Positions 12,301-23,419 of a DNA stretch of 64,000 nucleotides are shown one piece after another. This DNA is from Auanema rhodensis. Taxonomy: Eukaryota; Animalia; Nematoda. Where the stretch lies: positions 15,996,001-16,060,000 of the forward strand of contig OZ059899.1 of NCBI GenBank assembly GCA_964057225.1. Direction: 5' to 3'. The position numbers and the translations under genes are program-made. Numbering within the stretch: the stretch's first letter is position 1; each line of letters opens with the position of its first letter. The notes under the pieces were generated by a model. That model had not been told where the DNA came from and made no database searches. It worked only from the letters and a program-made list of their open reading frames with translations.

Positions 12301-15300
12301 CGGAGGCGTGGGTTCGAATCTCACTCTCATCAGATATTTTTTGACATTCCAACGTAGCTAAAATTGTTTTTACTCTACTGCGATGATCAAATTGAAATAT
12401 AACATACGACTGAAAATGCCACATCAAGGTGAGATGGCCGAGCGGTCTAAGGCGCTGGTTTTAGGCACCAGTCTCTTCGGAGGCGTGGGTTCGAATCCCA
12501 CTGTCATCAGATATTTTTTGACATTCCAACGTTGCTAAAATTGTTTTTACCCTACTGCTATGATCAAATTCAAATATAACATACGACTGAAAATGCCACA
12601 TCAAGGTGAGATGGCCGAGCGGTCTAAGGCGCTGGTTTAAGGCACCAGTCTCTTCGGAGGCGTGGGTTCGAATCCCACTCTCATCAGATATTTTTTGACA
12701 TTCCAACGTAGCTAAAATTGTTTTTACCCTATTGCGATGATCAAATTGAAATATAACATACGACTGAAAATGCCACATCAAGGTGAGATGGCCGAGCGGT
12801 CTAAGGCGCTGGTTTTAGGCACCAGTCTCTTCGGAGGCGTGGGTTCGAATCCCACTCTCATCAGATATTTTTTGACATTCCAACGTAGCTAAAATTGTTT
12901 TTACCCTACTGCGATGATCAAATTCGAATATAACATACGACTGAAATAGTCACATCAAGGTGAGATGGCCGAGCGGTCTAAGGCGCTGGTTTTAGGCACC
13001 AGTCTCTTCGGAGGCGTGGGTTCGAATCCCACTCTCATCAGATATTTTTTGACATTCCAACGTAGCTAAAATTGTTTTTACCCTACTGCGAAGATCAAAT
13101 TGAAATATAACATACGACTGAAAATGCCACATCAAGGTGAGATGGCCGAGCGGTCTAAGGCGCTGGTTTAAGGCACCAGTCTCTTCGGAGGCGTGGGTTC
13201 GAATCCCACTCTCATCAGATATTTTTTGACATTCCAACGTAGCTAAAATTGTTTTTACCCTATTGCGATGATCAAATTGAAATATAACATACGACTGAAA
13301 TAGTCACATCAAGGTGAGATGGCCGAGCGGTCTAAGGCGCTGGTTTAAGGCACCAGTCTCTTCGGAGGCGTGGGTTCGAATCCCACTGTCATCAGATATT
13401 TTTTGACATTCCAACGTAGCTAAAATTGTTTTTACTCTACTGCGATGATCAAATTGAAATATAACATACGACTGAAAATGCCACATCAAGGTGAGATGGC
13501 CGAGCGGTCTAAGGCGCTGGTTTTAGGCACCAGTCTCTTCGGAGGCGTGGGTTCGAATCCCACTCTCATCAGATATTTTTTGACATTCCAACGTAGCTAA
13601 AATTGTTTTTACCCTATTGCGATGATCAAATTGAAATATAACATACGACTGAAATAGTCACATCAAGGTGAGATGGCCGAGCGGTCTAAGGCGCTGGTTT
13701 TAGGCACCAGTCTCTTCGGAGGCGTGGGTTCGAATCCCACTCTCATCAGATATTTTTTGACATTCCAACGTAGCTAAAATTGTTTTTACCCTATTGCGAT
13801 GATCAAATTGAAATATAACATACGACTGAAATAGTCACATCAAGGTGAGATGGCCGAGCGGTCTAAGGCGCTGGTTTTAGGCACCAGTCTCTTCGGAGGC
13901 GTGGGTTCGAATCCCACTCTCATCAGATATTTTTTGACATTCCAACGTAGCTAAAATTGTTTTTACCCTACTGCGATGATCAAATTCGAATATAACATAC
14001 GACTGAAATAGTCACATCAAGGTGAGATGGCCGAGCGGTCTAAGGCGCTGGTTTTAGGCACCAGTCTCTTCGGAGGCGTGGGTTCGAATCCCACTCTCAT
14101 CAGATGTTTTTTGACATTCCAACGTAGCTAAAATTGTTTTTACCCTACTGCGAAGATCAAATTGAAATATAACATACGACTGAAATAGTCACATCAAGGT
14201 GAGATGGCCGAGCGGTCTAAGGCGCTGGTTTAAGGCACCAGTCTCTTCGGAGGCGTGGGTTCGAATCCCACTCTCATTAGATATTTTTTGACATTCCAAC
14301 GTAGCTAAAATTGTTTTTACCCTACTGCGAAGATCAAATTGAAATATAACATACGACTGAAAATGCCACATCAAGGTGAGATGGCCGAGCGGTCTAAGGC
14401 GCTGGTTTTAGGCACCAGTCTCTTCGGAGGCGTGGGTTCGAATCCCACTCTCATCAGATATTTTTTGACATTCCAACGTAGCTAAAATTGTTTTTACCCT
14501 ATTCCGATGATCAAATTGAAATATAACATACGACTGAAATAGTCACATCAAGGTGAGATGGCCGAGCGGTCTAAGGCGCTGGTTTAAGGCACCAGTCTCT
14601 TCGGAGGCGTGGGTTCGAATCCCACTCTCATCAGATATTTTTTGACATTCCAACGTTGCTAAAATTGTTTTTACCCTACTGCTATGATCAAATTCAAATA
14701 TAACATACGACTGAAAATGCCACATCAAGGTGAGATGGCCGAGCGGTCTAAGGCGCTGGTTTAAGGCACCAGTCTCTTCGGAGGCGTGGGTTCGAATCCC
14801 ACTCTCATCAGATATTTTTTGACATTCCAACGTAGCTAAAATTGTTTTTACCCTATTGCGATGATCAAATTGAAATATAACATACGACTGAAAATGCCAC
14901 ATCAAGGTGAGATGGCCGAGCGGTCTAAGGCGCTGGTTTTAGGCACCAGTCTCTTCGGAGGCGTGGGTTCGAATCCCACTCTCATCAGATATTTTTTGAC
15001 ATTCCAACGTAGCTAAAATTGTTTTTACCCTACTGCGATGATCAAATTCGAATATAACATACGACTGAAATAGTCACATCAAGGTGAGATGGCCGAGCGG
15101 TCTAAGGCGCTGGTTTTAGGCACCAGTCTCTTCGGAGGCGTGGGTTCGAATCCCACTCTCATCAGATATTTTTTGACATTCCAACGTAGCTAAAATTGTT
15201 TTTACCCTACTGCGAAGATCAAATTGAAATATAACATACGACTGAAAATGCCACATCAAGGTGTGATGGCCGAGCGGTCTAAGGCGCTGGTTTTAGGCAC

Positions 15301-18027
15301 CAGTCTCTTCGGAGGCGTGGGTTCGAATCCCACTCTCATCAGATATTTTTTGACATTCCAACGTAGCTAAAATTGTTTTTACCCTACTGCGAAGATCAAA
15401 TTGAAATATAACATACGACTGAAAATGCCACATCAAGGTGAGATGGCCGAGCGGTCTAAGGCGCTGGTTTTAGGCACCAGTCTCTTCGGAGGCGTGGGTT
15501 CGAATCCCACTCTCATCAGATATTTTTTGACATTCCAACGTTGCTAAAATTGTTTTTACCCTACTGCTATGATCAAATTCAAATATAACATACGACTGAA
15601 AATGCCACATCAAGGTGAGATGGCGGAGCGGTCTAAGGCGCTGGTTTAAGGCACCAGTCTCTTCGGAGGCGTGGGTTCGAATCCCACTCTCATCAGATAT
15701 TTTTTGACATTCCAACGTAGCTAAAATTGTTTTTACCCTACTGCGAAGATCAAATTGAAATATAACATACGACTGAAAATGCCACATCAAGGTGAGATGG
15801 CCGAGCGGTCTAAGGCGCTGGTTTTAGGCACCAGTCTCTTCGGAGGCGTGGGTTCGAATCCCACTCTCATCAGATATTTTTTGACATTCCAACGTAGCTA
15901 AAATTGTTTTTACCCTACTGCGAAGATCAAATTGAAATATAACATACGACTGAAAATGCCACATCAAGGTGAGATGGCCGAGCGGTCTAAGGCGCTGGTT
16001 TTAGGCACCAGTCTCTTCGGAGGCGTGGGTTCGAATCCCACTCTCATCAGATATTTTTTGACATTCCAACGTAGCTAAAATTGTTTTTACCCTATTCCGA
16101 TGATCAAATTGAAATATAACATACGACTGAAATAGTCACATCAAGGTGAGATGGCCGAGCGGTCTAAGGCGCTGGTTTAAGGCACCAGTCTCTTCGGAGG
16201 CGTGGGTTCGAATCCCACTCTCATCAGATATTTTTTGACATTCCAACGTTGCTAAAATTGTTTTTACCCTACTGCTATGATCAAATTCAAATATAACATA
16301 CGACTGAAAATGCCACATCAAGGTGAGATGGCCGAGCGGTCTAAGGCGCTGGTTTAAGGCACCAGTCTCTTCGGAGGCGTGGGTTCGAATCCCACTCTCA
16401 TCAGATATTTTTTGACATTCCAACGTAGCTAAAATTGTTTTTACCCTATTGCGATGATCAAATTGAAATATAACATACGACTGAAAATGCCACATCAAGG
16501 TGAGATGGCCGAGCGGTCTAAGGCGCTGGTTTTAGGCACCAGTCTCTTCGGAGGCGTGGGTTCGAATCCCACTCTCATCAGATATTTTTTGACATTCCAA
16601 CGTAGCTAAAATTGTTTTTACCCTACTGCGATGATCAAATTCGAATATAACATACGACTGAAATAGTCACATCAAGGTGAGATGGCCGAGCGGTCTAAGG
16701 CGCTGGTTTTAGGCACCAGTCTCTTCGGAGGCGTGGGTTCGAATCCCACTCTCATCAGATATTTTTTGACATTCCAACGTAGCTAAAATTGTTTTTACCC
16801 TATTGCGATGATCAAATTGAAATATAACATACGACTGAAATAGTCACATCAAGGTGAGATGGCCGAGCGGTCTAAGGCGCTGGTTTTAGGCACCAGTCTC
16901 TTCGGAGGCGTGGGTTCGAATCCCACTCTCATCAGATATTTTTTGACATTCCAACGTTGCTAAAATTGTTTTTACCCAACTGCTATGATCAAATTCAAAT
17001 ATAACATACGACCGAAATAGTCACATCAAGGTGAGATGGCCGAGCGGTCTAAGGCGCTGGTTTAAGGCACCAGTCTCTTCGGAGGCGTGGGTTCGAATCC
17101 CACTCTCATCAGATATTTTTTGACATTCCAACGTAGCTAAAATTGTTTTTACCCTATTGCGATGATCAAATTGAAATATAACATACGACTGAAAATGCCA
17201 CATCATGGTGAGATGGCCGAGCGGTCTAAGGCGCTGGTTTTAGGCACCAGTCTCTTCGGAGGCGTGGGTTCGAATCCCACTCTCATCAGATATTTTTTGA
17301 CATTCCAACGTAGCTAAAATTGTTTTTACCCTACTGCGAAGATCAAATTGAAATATAACATACGACTGAAAATGCCACATCAAGGTGAGATGGCCGAGCG
17401 GTCTAAGGCGCTGGTTTTAGGCACCAGTCTCTTCGGAGGCGTGGTTCGAATCCCACTCTCATCAGATATTTTTTGACATTCCAACGTTGCTAAAATTGTT
17501 TTTACCCTACTGCTATGATCAAATTCAAATATAACATACGACTGAAAATGCCACATCAAGGTGAGATGGCCGAGCGGTCTAAGGCGCTGGTTTAAGGCAC
17601 CAGTCTCTTCGGAGGCGTGGGTTCGAATCCCACTCTCATCAGATATTTTTTGACATTCCAACGTAGCTAAAATTGTTTTTACCCTACTGCGAAGATCAAA
17701 TTGAAATATAACATACGACTGAAAATGCCACATCAAGGTGAGATGGCCGAGCGGTCTAAGGCGCTGGTTTTAGGCACCAGTCTCTTCGGAGGCGTGGGTT
17801 CGAATCCCACTCTCATCAGATATTTTTTGACATTCCAACGTAGCTAAAATTGTTTTTACCCTACTGCGAAGATCAAATTGAAATATAACATACGACTGAA
17901 AATGCCACATCAAGGTGAGATGGCCGAGCGGTCTAAGGCGCTGGTTTTAGGCACCAGTCTCTTCGGAGGCGTGGGTTCGAATCCCACTCTCATCAGATAT
18001 TTTTTGACATTCCAACGTAGCTAAAAT
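9351..18027 (+). tRNA. Tandem tRNA-Leu array block 2, about 49 genes, mixed AAG/TAG
   Basis: Same 177-bp unit on the + strand. Confidence 0.97.
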
Positions 18028-18094
18028 TGTCGCGATAAGCGAGTGAGTTTGTATAAATTTTATCTTCAACAATTGTTTTATTTGTCTCTCCTGT

Positions 18095-18125
<31 letters not shown>

Positions 18126-18377
18126 TCTTTCTTCTTTCTTGTAACTTCCTAGTAATTTTTATCCATACCACATGTTGTGTTATACATGTGGCATGACTAA
18201 CTCTTCGTTTCAGGCTGACGACCGCCCACGAGAAGAGATCAGTCTTACTTTTTGAACGTTCGCAGTCAGTGATTTTATTCCGTGCTTGTCTTGTTAATTC
18301 ATCAATAAACCCTTTTCTACATATTCGCTTTGTGTTTTACTTCCAACCATACTATACACTTGTGGTATAACGCCACA
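18028..18377 (+). repeat. 5' LTR of the BEL element (350 bp)
   Basis: TGT...ACA, preceded by AAAAT. Differs from the other two LTRs by about 3 small changes (CT count, a 1-bp indel, one SNP). Confidence 0.95.
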
Positions 18378-18380
18378 AAT

Positions 18381-18392
18381 TGGTGCATCGGC
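18381..18392 (+). promoter_or_regulatory. Primer binding site, probably tRNA-Gly
   Basis: TGGTGCATCGGC 3 nt after the LTR, complementary to a ...GCCGATGCA-CCA tRNA-Gly-type 3' end. Confidence 0.75.
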
Positions 18393-18665
18393 TAGTTTAG
18401 ATCTTAGCCGCTTTAAGTCCCGCGTGGCAGGTGAGATACAACTCGAACCAAGCGTGTTTGAGCAAAAAACATACTTAATAAAAATCGTGGCGATCATAAG
18501 TCCACGTCAAGTCACACCAAACAGACTTGAACAATAAGCAAACTCTGAAATTAGAAACAGTGGTTTTAATTTCCTTACGTTCACATATACTGTGATCACC
18601 AAACAAACAAAGAAAAAAGAAAACAAAAAAGGAACATAAGCATTATTCCTACATCTACAACTAAA

Positions 18666-19301
18666 ATGTCACTCCTTTTTGTCAATCATATCAAACAATC
18701 TAACCAGTTTCTTGGAGAACTGCTTACACGATACGAGATGGAAGTGAAGGACCTTCCTGGTATTCTGGTAGATTGCGACTTCCACACTGAGGAAGAAGAG
18801 GAAACCCTCTCTTGCCTTATCATTCGCTGGGCAAAAGTCCAACACCAATTCAAAGAATCGTTGAAAAATCATCAAGATAACGAGAAAAAATTCCAAAAAT
18901 TTTACGAAGCATCAGACAAAACGCTTCGTAAAGCATTAGACGAACAGTACATCGCCTTCACATCCGATGAAGACTTTGAACCGAACATTAAAAAGGTTCA
19001 AAACGCCATTATTGAGCTTGACGAACACATCATGAAAGCCGAACGCATACTTAGAAAGCTGAGAAAAATGCTTCATAAGAATGAATCTGAGCACAACAGC
19101 AATTGCTCAACAGAAAACAATGAAACAGAAAACAAATCGAATGATCAATTTCTGGAAATTATCAAGTACACATCCAACAAACTAGCATCCAAAAACCAGC
19201 GATGTCGCTACCTACATTTGATGGCAAACCAGAGAACTTCAAATCATTCTGGGGCCGTTTTGATAGACTTGTTCATGATAATGAACAGTTTACAACCTTA
19301 G
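18666..19301 (+). CDS. gag: Gag N-terminal (helical) region, frameshifted relative to the rest of gag near 19145-19190
   Basis: First long ORF after the PBS, AAAATG start. The -1 frame reads IQKPAMSLPTFDG, the typical BEL gag motif. Confidence 0.75.
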   Translation: MSLLFVNHIKQSNQFLGELLTRYEMEVKDLPGILVDCDFHTEEEEETLSCLIIRWAKVQHQFKESLKNHQDNEKKFQKFYEASDKTLRKALDEQYIAFTSDEDFEPNIKKVQNAIIELDEHIMKAERILRKLRKMLHKNESEHNSNCSTENNETENKSNDQFLEIIKYTSNKLASKNQRCRYLHLMANQRTSNHSGAVLIDLFMIMNSLQP

Positions 19302-22300
19302 AAAAGGTAAACCTACTCTGTGAAAGCCTCAAAGGCGATTCACAAATAGCAATCAGAGGAATAGAACCCTCTGCTCAAAATTATGAGCTCATGCGTGAAG
19401 CATTAGTTTCTGAATTTGGAGACTATTCGTCGGATATCAACTCTCTTTTAACACAACTACGTAATTTGAGATTTGCAAGCAATAATGCAAAATCATGTAA
19501 AGAAACATTTGGGGAAACCAAGGCACTTATCAGGCAAATTGAAGCAGCCGGAGCTACAGTATCCCGCGAAATGTGTACCGCGATGATTCTCAACAAATTC
19601 CCATACCACATCGTGGAAGACATTCTAATTTATCCAAACAACTACCATTCCACTAAAGAAATGCTGACAGCTGTAGACCACAAAATCTATTCCTTTTTTC
19701 TAAAAGAACAAACAAGAAATAGTCATGAACAAAAGTTTCGAAATCACAAAGAGAATGTCACATCTGTAGCACATAAAGAAAACTCCGTAGAACAACGGAA
19801 AACCCAAACTTGGCCATGTGTTTTCTGCGACTCATCCGAACATCGCTTTTATCATTGCACCACATTTGAAACACCAGAGAAAAGAAGACACCGCATCCGC
19901 GGAAAGGCCATCTGTTGGATTTGTTTTTCCGAGAAACACAAAAGTTCCGAATGCAGAAAACAAAAATGTCGAAATTGCCAAGGAGACCATAATTCCTCCT
20001 TGTGCTCACAAGGAAGAAAAAACGTGCAAAATATCCAAAAAGATAAAGAAACTCCCACAATTAAAAAAGATCAGGCTTTACTGATCACCACAGAAGAATT
20101 ATTGAATAAAAAAACAACAGAATATAAACAAGAATCTGACACTAATAATCGAATCCCTACTGAGGCACTTAATGCACCAGTATCGCTTAATCACATTGCC
20201 GACACACATAATATTGAAGAAAGTCAAGTAATATTACGAACAGCAATGGCGAACATATACAACCACAATAGTAAAAAATATGAGCAAGTACGCATGCTCA
20301 TAGATGAAGGATCCATGAGATCTTTTATATCCAAGGACTTATCCACTAAGTTAGGATTGCCCATCCTTGGTTCTCAAAAGAAAACCTTTTACGGTATCGG
20401 AGCATTGTCCGAAACGCACGAAGTTCAGGACGTAAAGGTAATTATTGGAACCTCAAGTGGATCCCTTATCGTAACAAAACTATTCACCAAACCCATGTTA
20501 ACCACACCCATACGTTGTCCAAAACTATCTAAAGAAGACTTGAAATTTATAAAGACAAGAAAAATAAAATTAGCCAATCCACAAACAAACGGAGAATCAT
20601 TTACTCCGGATATACTGATAGGTATGGATAGATACAAACTGTTCATGCATTTAAACGAAGAAACCGAACTCCCCTCACGTATGAGATTGAAAAATTCGGT
20701 ATTCGGCCACATGATACATGGAGAAGCTCCTCTTCCCGATGATAATACACAACAAGAAGTAATATTATGCTCTACAGTAGAAGAAATAACAAAAGAAACC
20801 TCTCATAAAGAACTCCTCACTAATCTGTTTGAACTGGATTCTATCGGCATCAATACAGAAAATGCCAACGCAGACCGCACTATTGATTACTATGAAGAAT
20901 ACTCAAAAGATATAAAAATTGAGAACAACCGCATTATTGCACCGTTCCCGTTAAAAAATAACTTCAAAAATCTTAAAAACAACAAAATGCCCGCGTACCA
21001 TAGATTCGTATCCCTATGGCGAAAGTTACTGCACAATCCAGAAATGCTCTCACACTATACTACAACCATTGAAAGTTACCTCAAAGATAACATTGTCGAA
21101 CAAATTCCCAACAATCACCAGAAGCCTTTAGAGTTTTATATGCCCCACCATGGGGTTTGGAAGCCCAGCAAGGCTAACCCTCTCAGAATCGTTTTTGACG
21201 CCTCCGCTAAACAGAAAGACAGCCCATCGTTGAATGAGATAATACACACAGGACGATCATTTATCACATATATACACGACATCATGATCTCCTGCAGAAC
21301 AAGACCAATATTAATAACATGCGATATCAAAGCCGCATTTTTACAAATACAACTGACAGAGAATCACAAAAATCTATGCAAATTCTTTTGGATAAAAAAC
21401 AAAGAATACCCAATATCTCACAATAATATCATAACCCTTCGATTCAACAGATTACCGTTCGGTATCACTGCATCCCCCAGCGTATTGAACATGGGCATAA
21501 AATGGTTCTTAGAATCAAAAGTAGACAACCAATTAGCTATGGAAATACTGAACAACTTATACGTTGACAATATCATTCTTACAGCAAATACAACAGCAGA
21601 AGCTATAAAGAAATGTAAAGAAACCCAAAAACTATTTACAGAAATAAACATGCATGTTCGCGAATTCTTGTCAAACGACGAACAAGTAATACAGAACCTT
21701 CCTGAAGAAGACAGATATCCGAACATGACAACCAAAATACTTGGCATATCTTTTAATAAAGAACACGACTCCTTCATTATCCCAATAAAAATAACAACGA
21801 CTCACACAAGTTACACCAAGAGAATTCTACTCAGTCAACTACACTCAATATTTGATCCCATTGGATTAGCAGCACCATTACTGTTACCTCTCAAACTTAT
21901 CTTGCGAGAAATCATAAACACAAAATTATCATGGGACCAACCCATTGAATCAGATAATATCAAACAATGGGAACAACATATTAATCACATTAACAATCAG
22001 CAATTGACCATGAAAAGATATTTTAAATTCTCTGAACATAAAACACAGTTATGGGTCTTTGCTGACGCAAGCAACCAAGCCATGGCCGCATGTTCATATT
22101 TCCAAACAAACGAGCAGATTAGTTCTCTGCTCAACGGTAAATCCCGCATAGCACCCAAAAATAAGACCACAATTCCTCGATTAGAATTATTAGCCATCCG
22201 CTTAGCAGTACGAATGGCATTAGCTATTGTAACCATATGCCCGAAAGTGGCAAAAGTCAACATTGTAAGCGATAGCAACATCGCGCTATCATGGATTATT

Positions 22301-23419
22301 TCTCTAAAATCCCTCCCACTGTTCATTAAAAATCAAACAAACATTATAAATAAACAGCTACACCAAATCAAACAAGTATGTTGCAATGTAGAATTACATC
22401 ATGTACAAACTTCGTACAATACTGCAGACATCGGATCCCGAGGTGCAGACATCGAGAAACTACAAGATTCCGACTGGATAAAGGGTCCACATTGGTTAAC
22501 TAAACTTTCCGCTCATAACCCTCTGACATCATTCGGCTCGCCTAAGAACTCTAACAGGAATAACGCAGAATCAGAATCGGAGCATCACAATGTGGTCCAC
22601 ATAATTATAGACAATCTTCCAACCGATGATATTTGGAACATTCGTGAAAACTATGATGATGTGATCAAAACAATGACAACCGTAGGAAAATTATTCAAAA
22701 AATGGTTTCTTAAAGTCCATCCTAACAACGCCAACAAGTTGCAAAAAATAAAACATCTCACATCAACAGACACGAATACTGTTGAAGACATCAACATAAT
22801 TGAAAAAATTTTGATCAGTAACAGCCAATCTAATATGAGCCTCGATGAGCTACAGCAAAGAAATATAAATTTAAAATTCTTCAAAGATACATGGGACATT
22901 TATCGCGTAAGAAGTCGTTTACAAAATACTCTTCTTCCCGAAGAGACAAAAAACCCTATATTCCTTCTCAAAACAAACCCCATAGTTAAAAAACTGATCA
23001 ACAAAATACACAAAGATAATAATCATCAAGGCAAAAATTTCACGCTTATTCAACTCAGACAAAAGTTCTATATACCAAAAATAACCGGAGTCATTAAGCA
23101 AACATTGAAAAACTGTGTGACATGTAAAAGATTTCAATCACATCCTTATGAATTACCAGATATGCCATCGCTACCAAAAGACAGAGCAATTCTTACAAGA
23201 GCATTCTTTTCAACAGGGTGTGATCTTATGGGCCCCTTCACCCTTCGAAATGGGTCTAAAGTCCATATTTGTCTGTTTACATGCATGACAACTAGAGCGG
23301 TTCACTTAGAGGTAGTCACCAATCAATCCACAGTTGCCTTTATGAATGCATTTAATAGATTTATTTCAGAGGTACTCCAGAAATTATGCGCAGTGACTGC
23401 GCAGGAAACTTTATTCTGA
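19202..23419 (+). CDS. pol: Gag C-terminus, aspartic protease, reverse transcriptase, RNase H and integrase N-terminus
   Basis: LPTFDG..F..FW..F; triple Cys-His knuckles; LIDEGSMRSFI (protease); LRIVFDAS, CDIKAAFLQI, RLPFG, YVDN (RT); FADAS, TIPRLEL, SDS (RNase H); H..H..C..C and CDLMGPF (integrase). Confidence 0.96.
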   Translation: MSLPTFDGKPENFKSFWGRFDRLVHDNEQFTTLEKVNLLCESLKGDSQIAIRGIEPSAQNYELMREALVSEFGDYSSDINSLLTQLRNLRFASNNAKSCKETFGETKALIRQIEAAGATVSREMCTAMILNKFPYHIVEDILIYPNNYHSTKEMLTAVDHKIYSFFLKEQTRNSHEQKFRNHKENVTSVAHKENSVEQRKTQTWPCVFCDSSEHRFYHCTTFETPEKRRHRIRGKAICWICFSEKHKSSECRKQKCRNCQGDHNSSLCSQGRKNVQNIQKDKETPTIKKDQALLITTEELLNKKTTEYKQESDTNNRIPTEALNAPVSLNHIADTHNIEESQVILRTAMANIYNHNSKKYEQVRMLIDEGSMRSFISKDLSTKLGLPILGSQKKTFYGIGALSETHEVQDVKVIIGTSSGSLIVTKLFTKPMLTTPIRCPKLSKEDLKFIKTRKIKLANPQTNGESFTPDILIGMDRYKLFMHLNEETELPSRMRLKNSVFGHMIHGEAPLPDDNTQQEVILCSTVEEITKETSHKELLTNLFELDSIGINTENANADRTIDYYEEYSKDIKIENNRIIAPFPLKNNFKNLKNNKMPAYHRFVSLWRKLLHNPEMLSHYTTTIESYLKDNIVEQIPNNHQKPLEFYMPHHGVWKPSKANPLRIVFDASAKQKDSPSLNEIIHTGRSFITYIHDIMISCRTRPILITCDIKAAFLQIQLTENHKNLCKFFWIKNKEYPISHNNIITLRFNRLPFGITASPSVLNMGIKWFLESKVDNQLAMEILNNLYVDNIILTANTTAEAIKKCKETQKLFTEINMHVREFLSNDEQVIQNLPEEDRYPNMTTKILGISFNKEHDSFIIPIKITTTHTSYTKRILLSQLHSIFDPIGLAAPLLLPLKLILREIINTKLSWDQPIESDNIKQWEQHINHINNQQLTMKRYFKFSEHKTQLWVFADASNQAMAACSYFQTNEQISSLLNGKSRIAPKNKTTIPRLELLAIRLAVRMALAIVTICPKVAKVNIVSDSNIALSWIISLKSLPLFIKNQTNIINKQLHQIKQVCCNVELHHVQTSYNTADIGSRGADIEKLQDSDWIKGPHWLTKLSAHNPLTSFGSPKNSNRNNAESESEHHNVVHIIIDNLPTDDIWNIRENYDDVIKTMTTVGKLFKKWFLKVHPNNANKLQKIKHLTSTDTNTVEDINIIEKILISNSQSNMSLDELQQRNINLKFFKDTWDIYRVRSRLQNTLLPEETKNPIFLLKTNPIVKKLINKIHKDNNHQGKNFTLIQLRQKFYIPKITGVIKQTLKNCVTCKRFQSHPYELPDMPSLPKDRAILTRAFFSTGCDLMGPFTLRNGSKVHICLFTCMTTRAVHLEVVTNQSTVAFMNAFNRFISEVLQKLCAVTAQETLF

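Noticed and set aside
18381-18392. Idea that the retroelements prime on the array's own tRNA-Leu
   Set aside because: A Leu PBS would read TGGTGATGAGAG. The observed PBSs match Gly- and Gln-type 3' ends.
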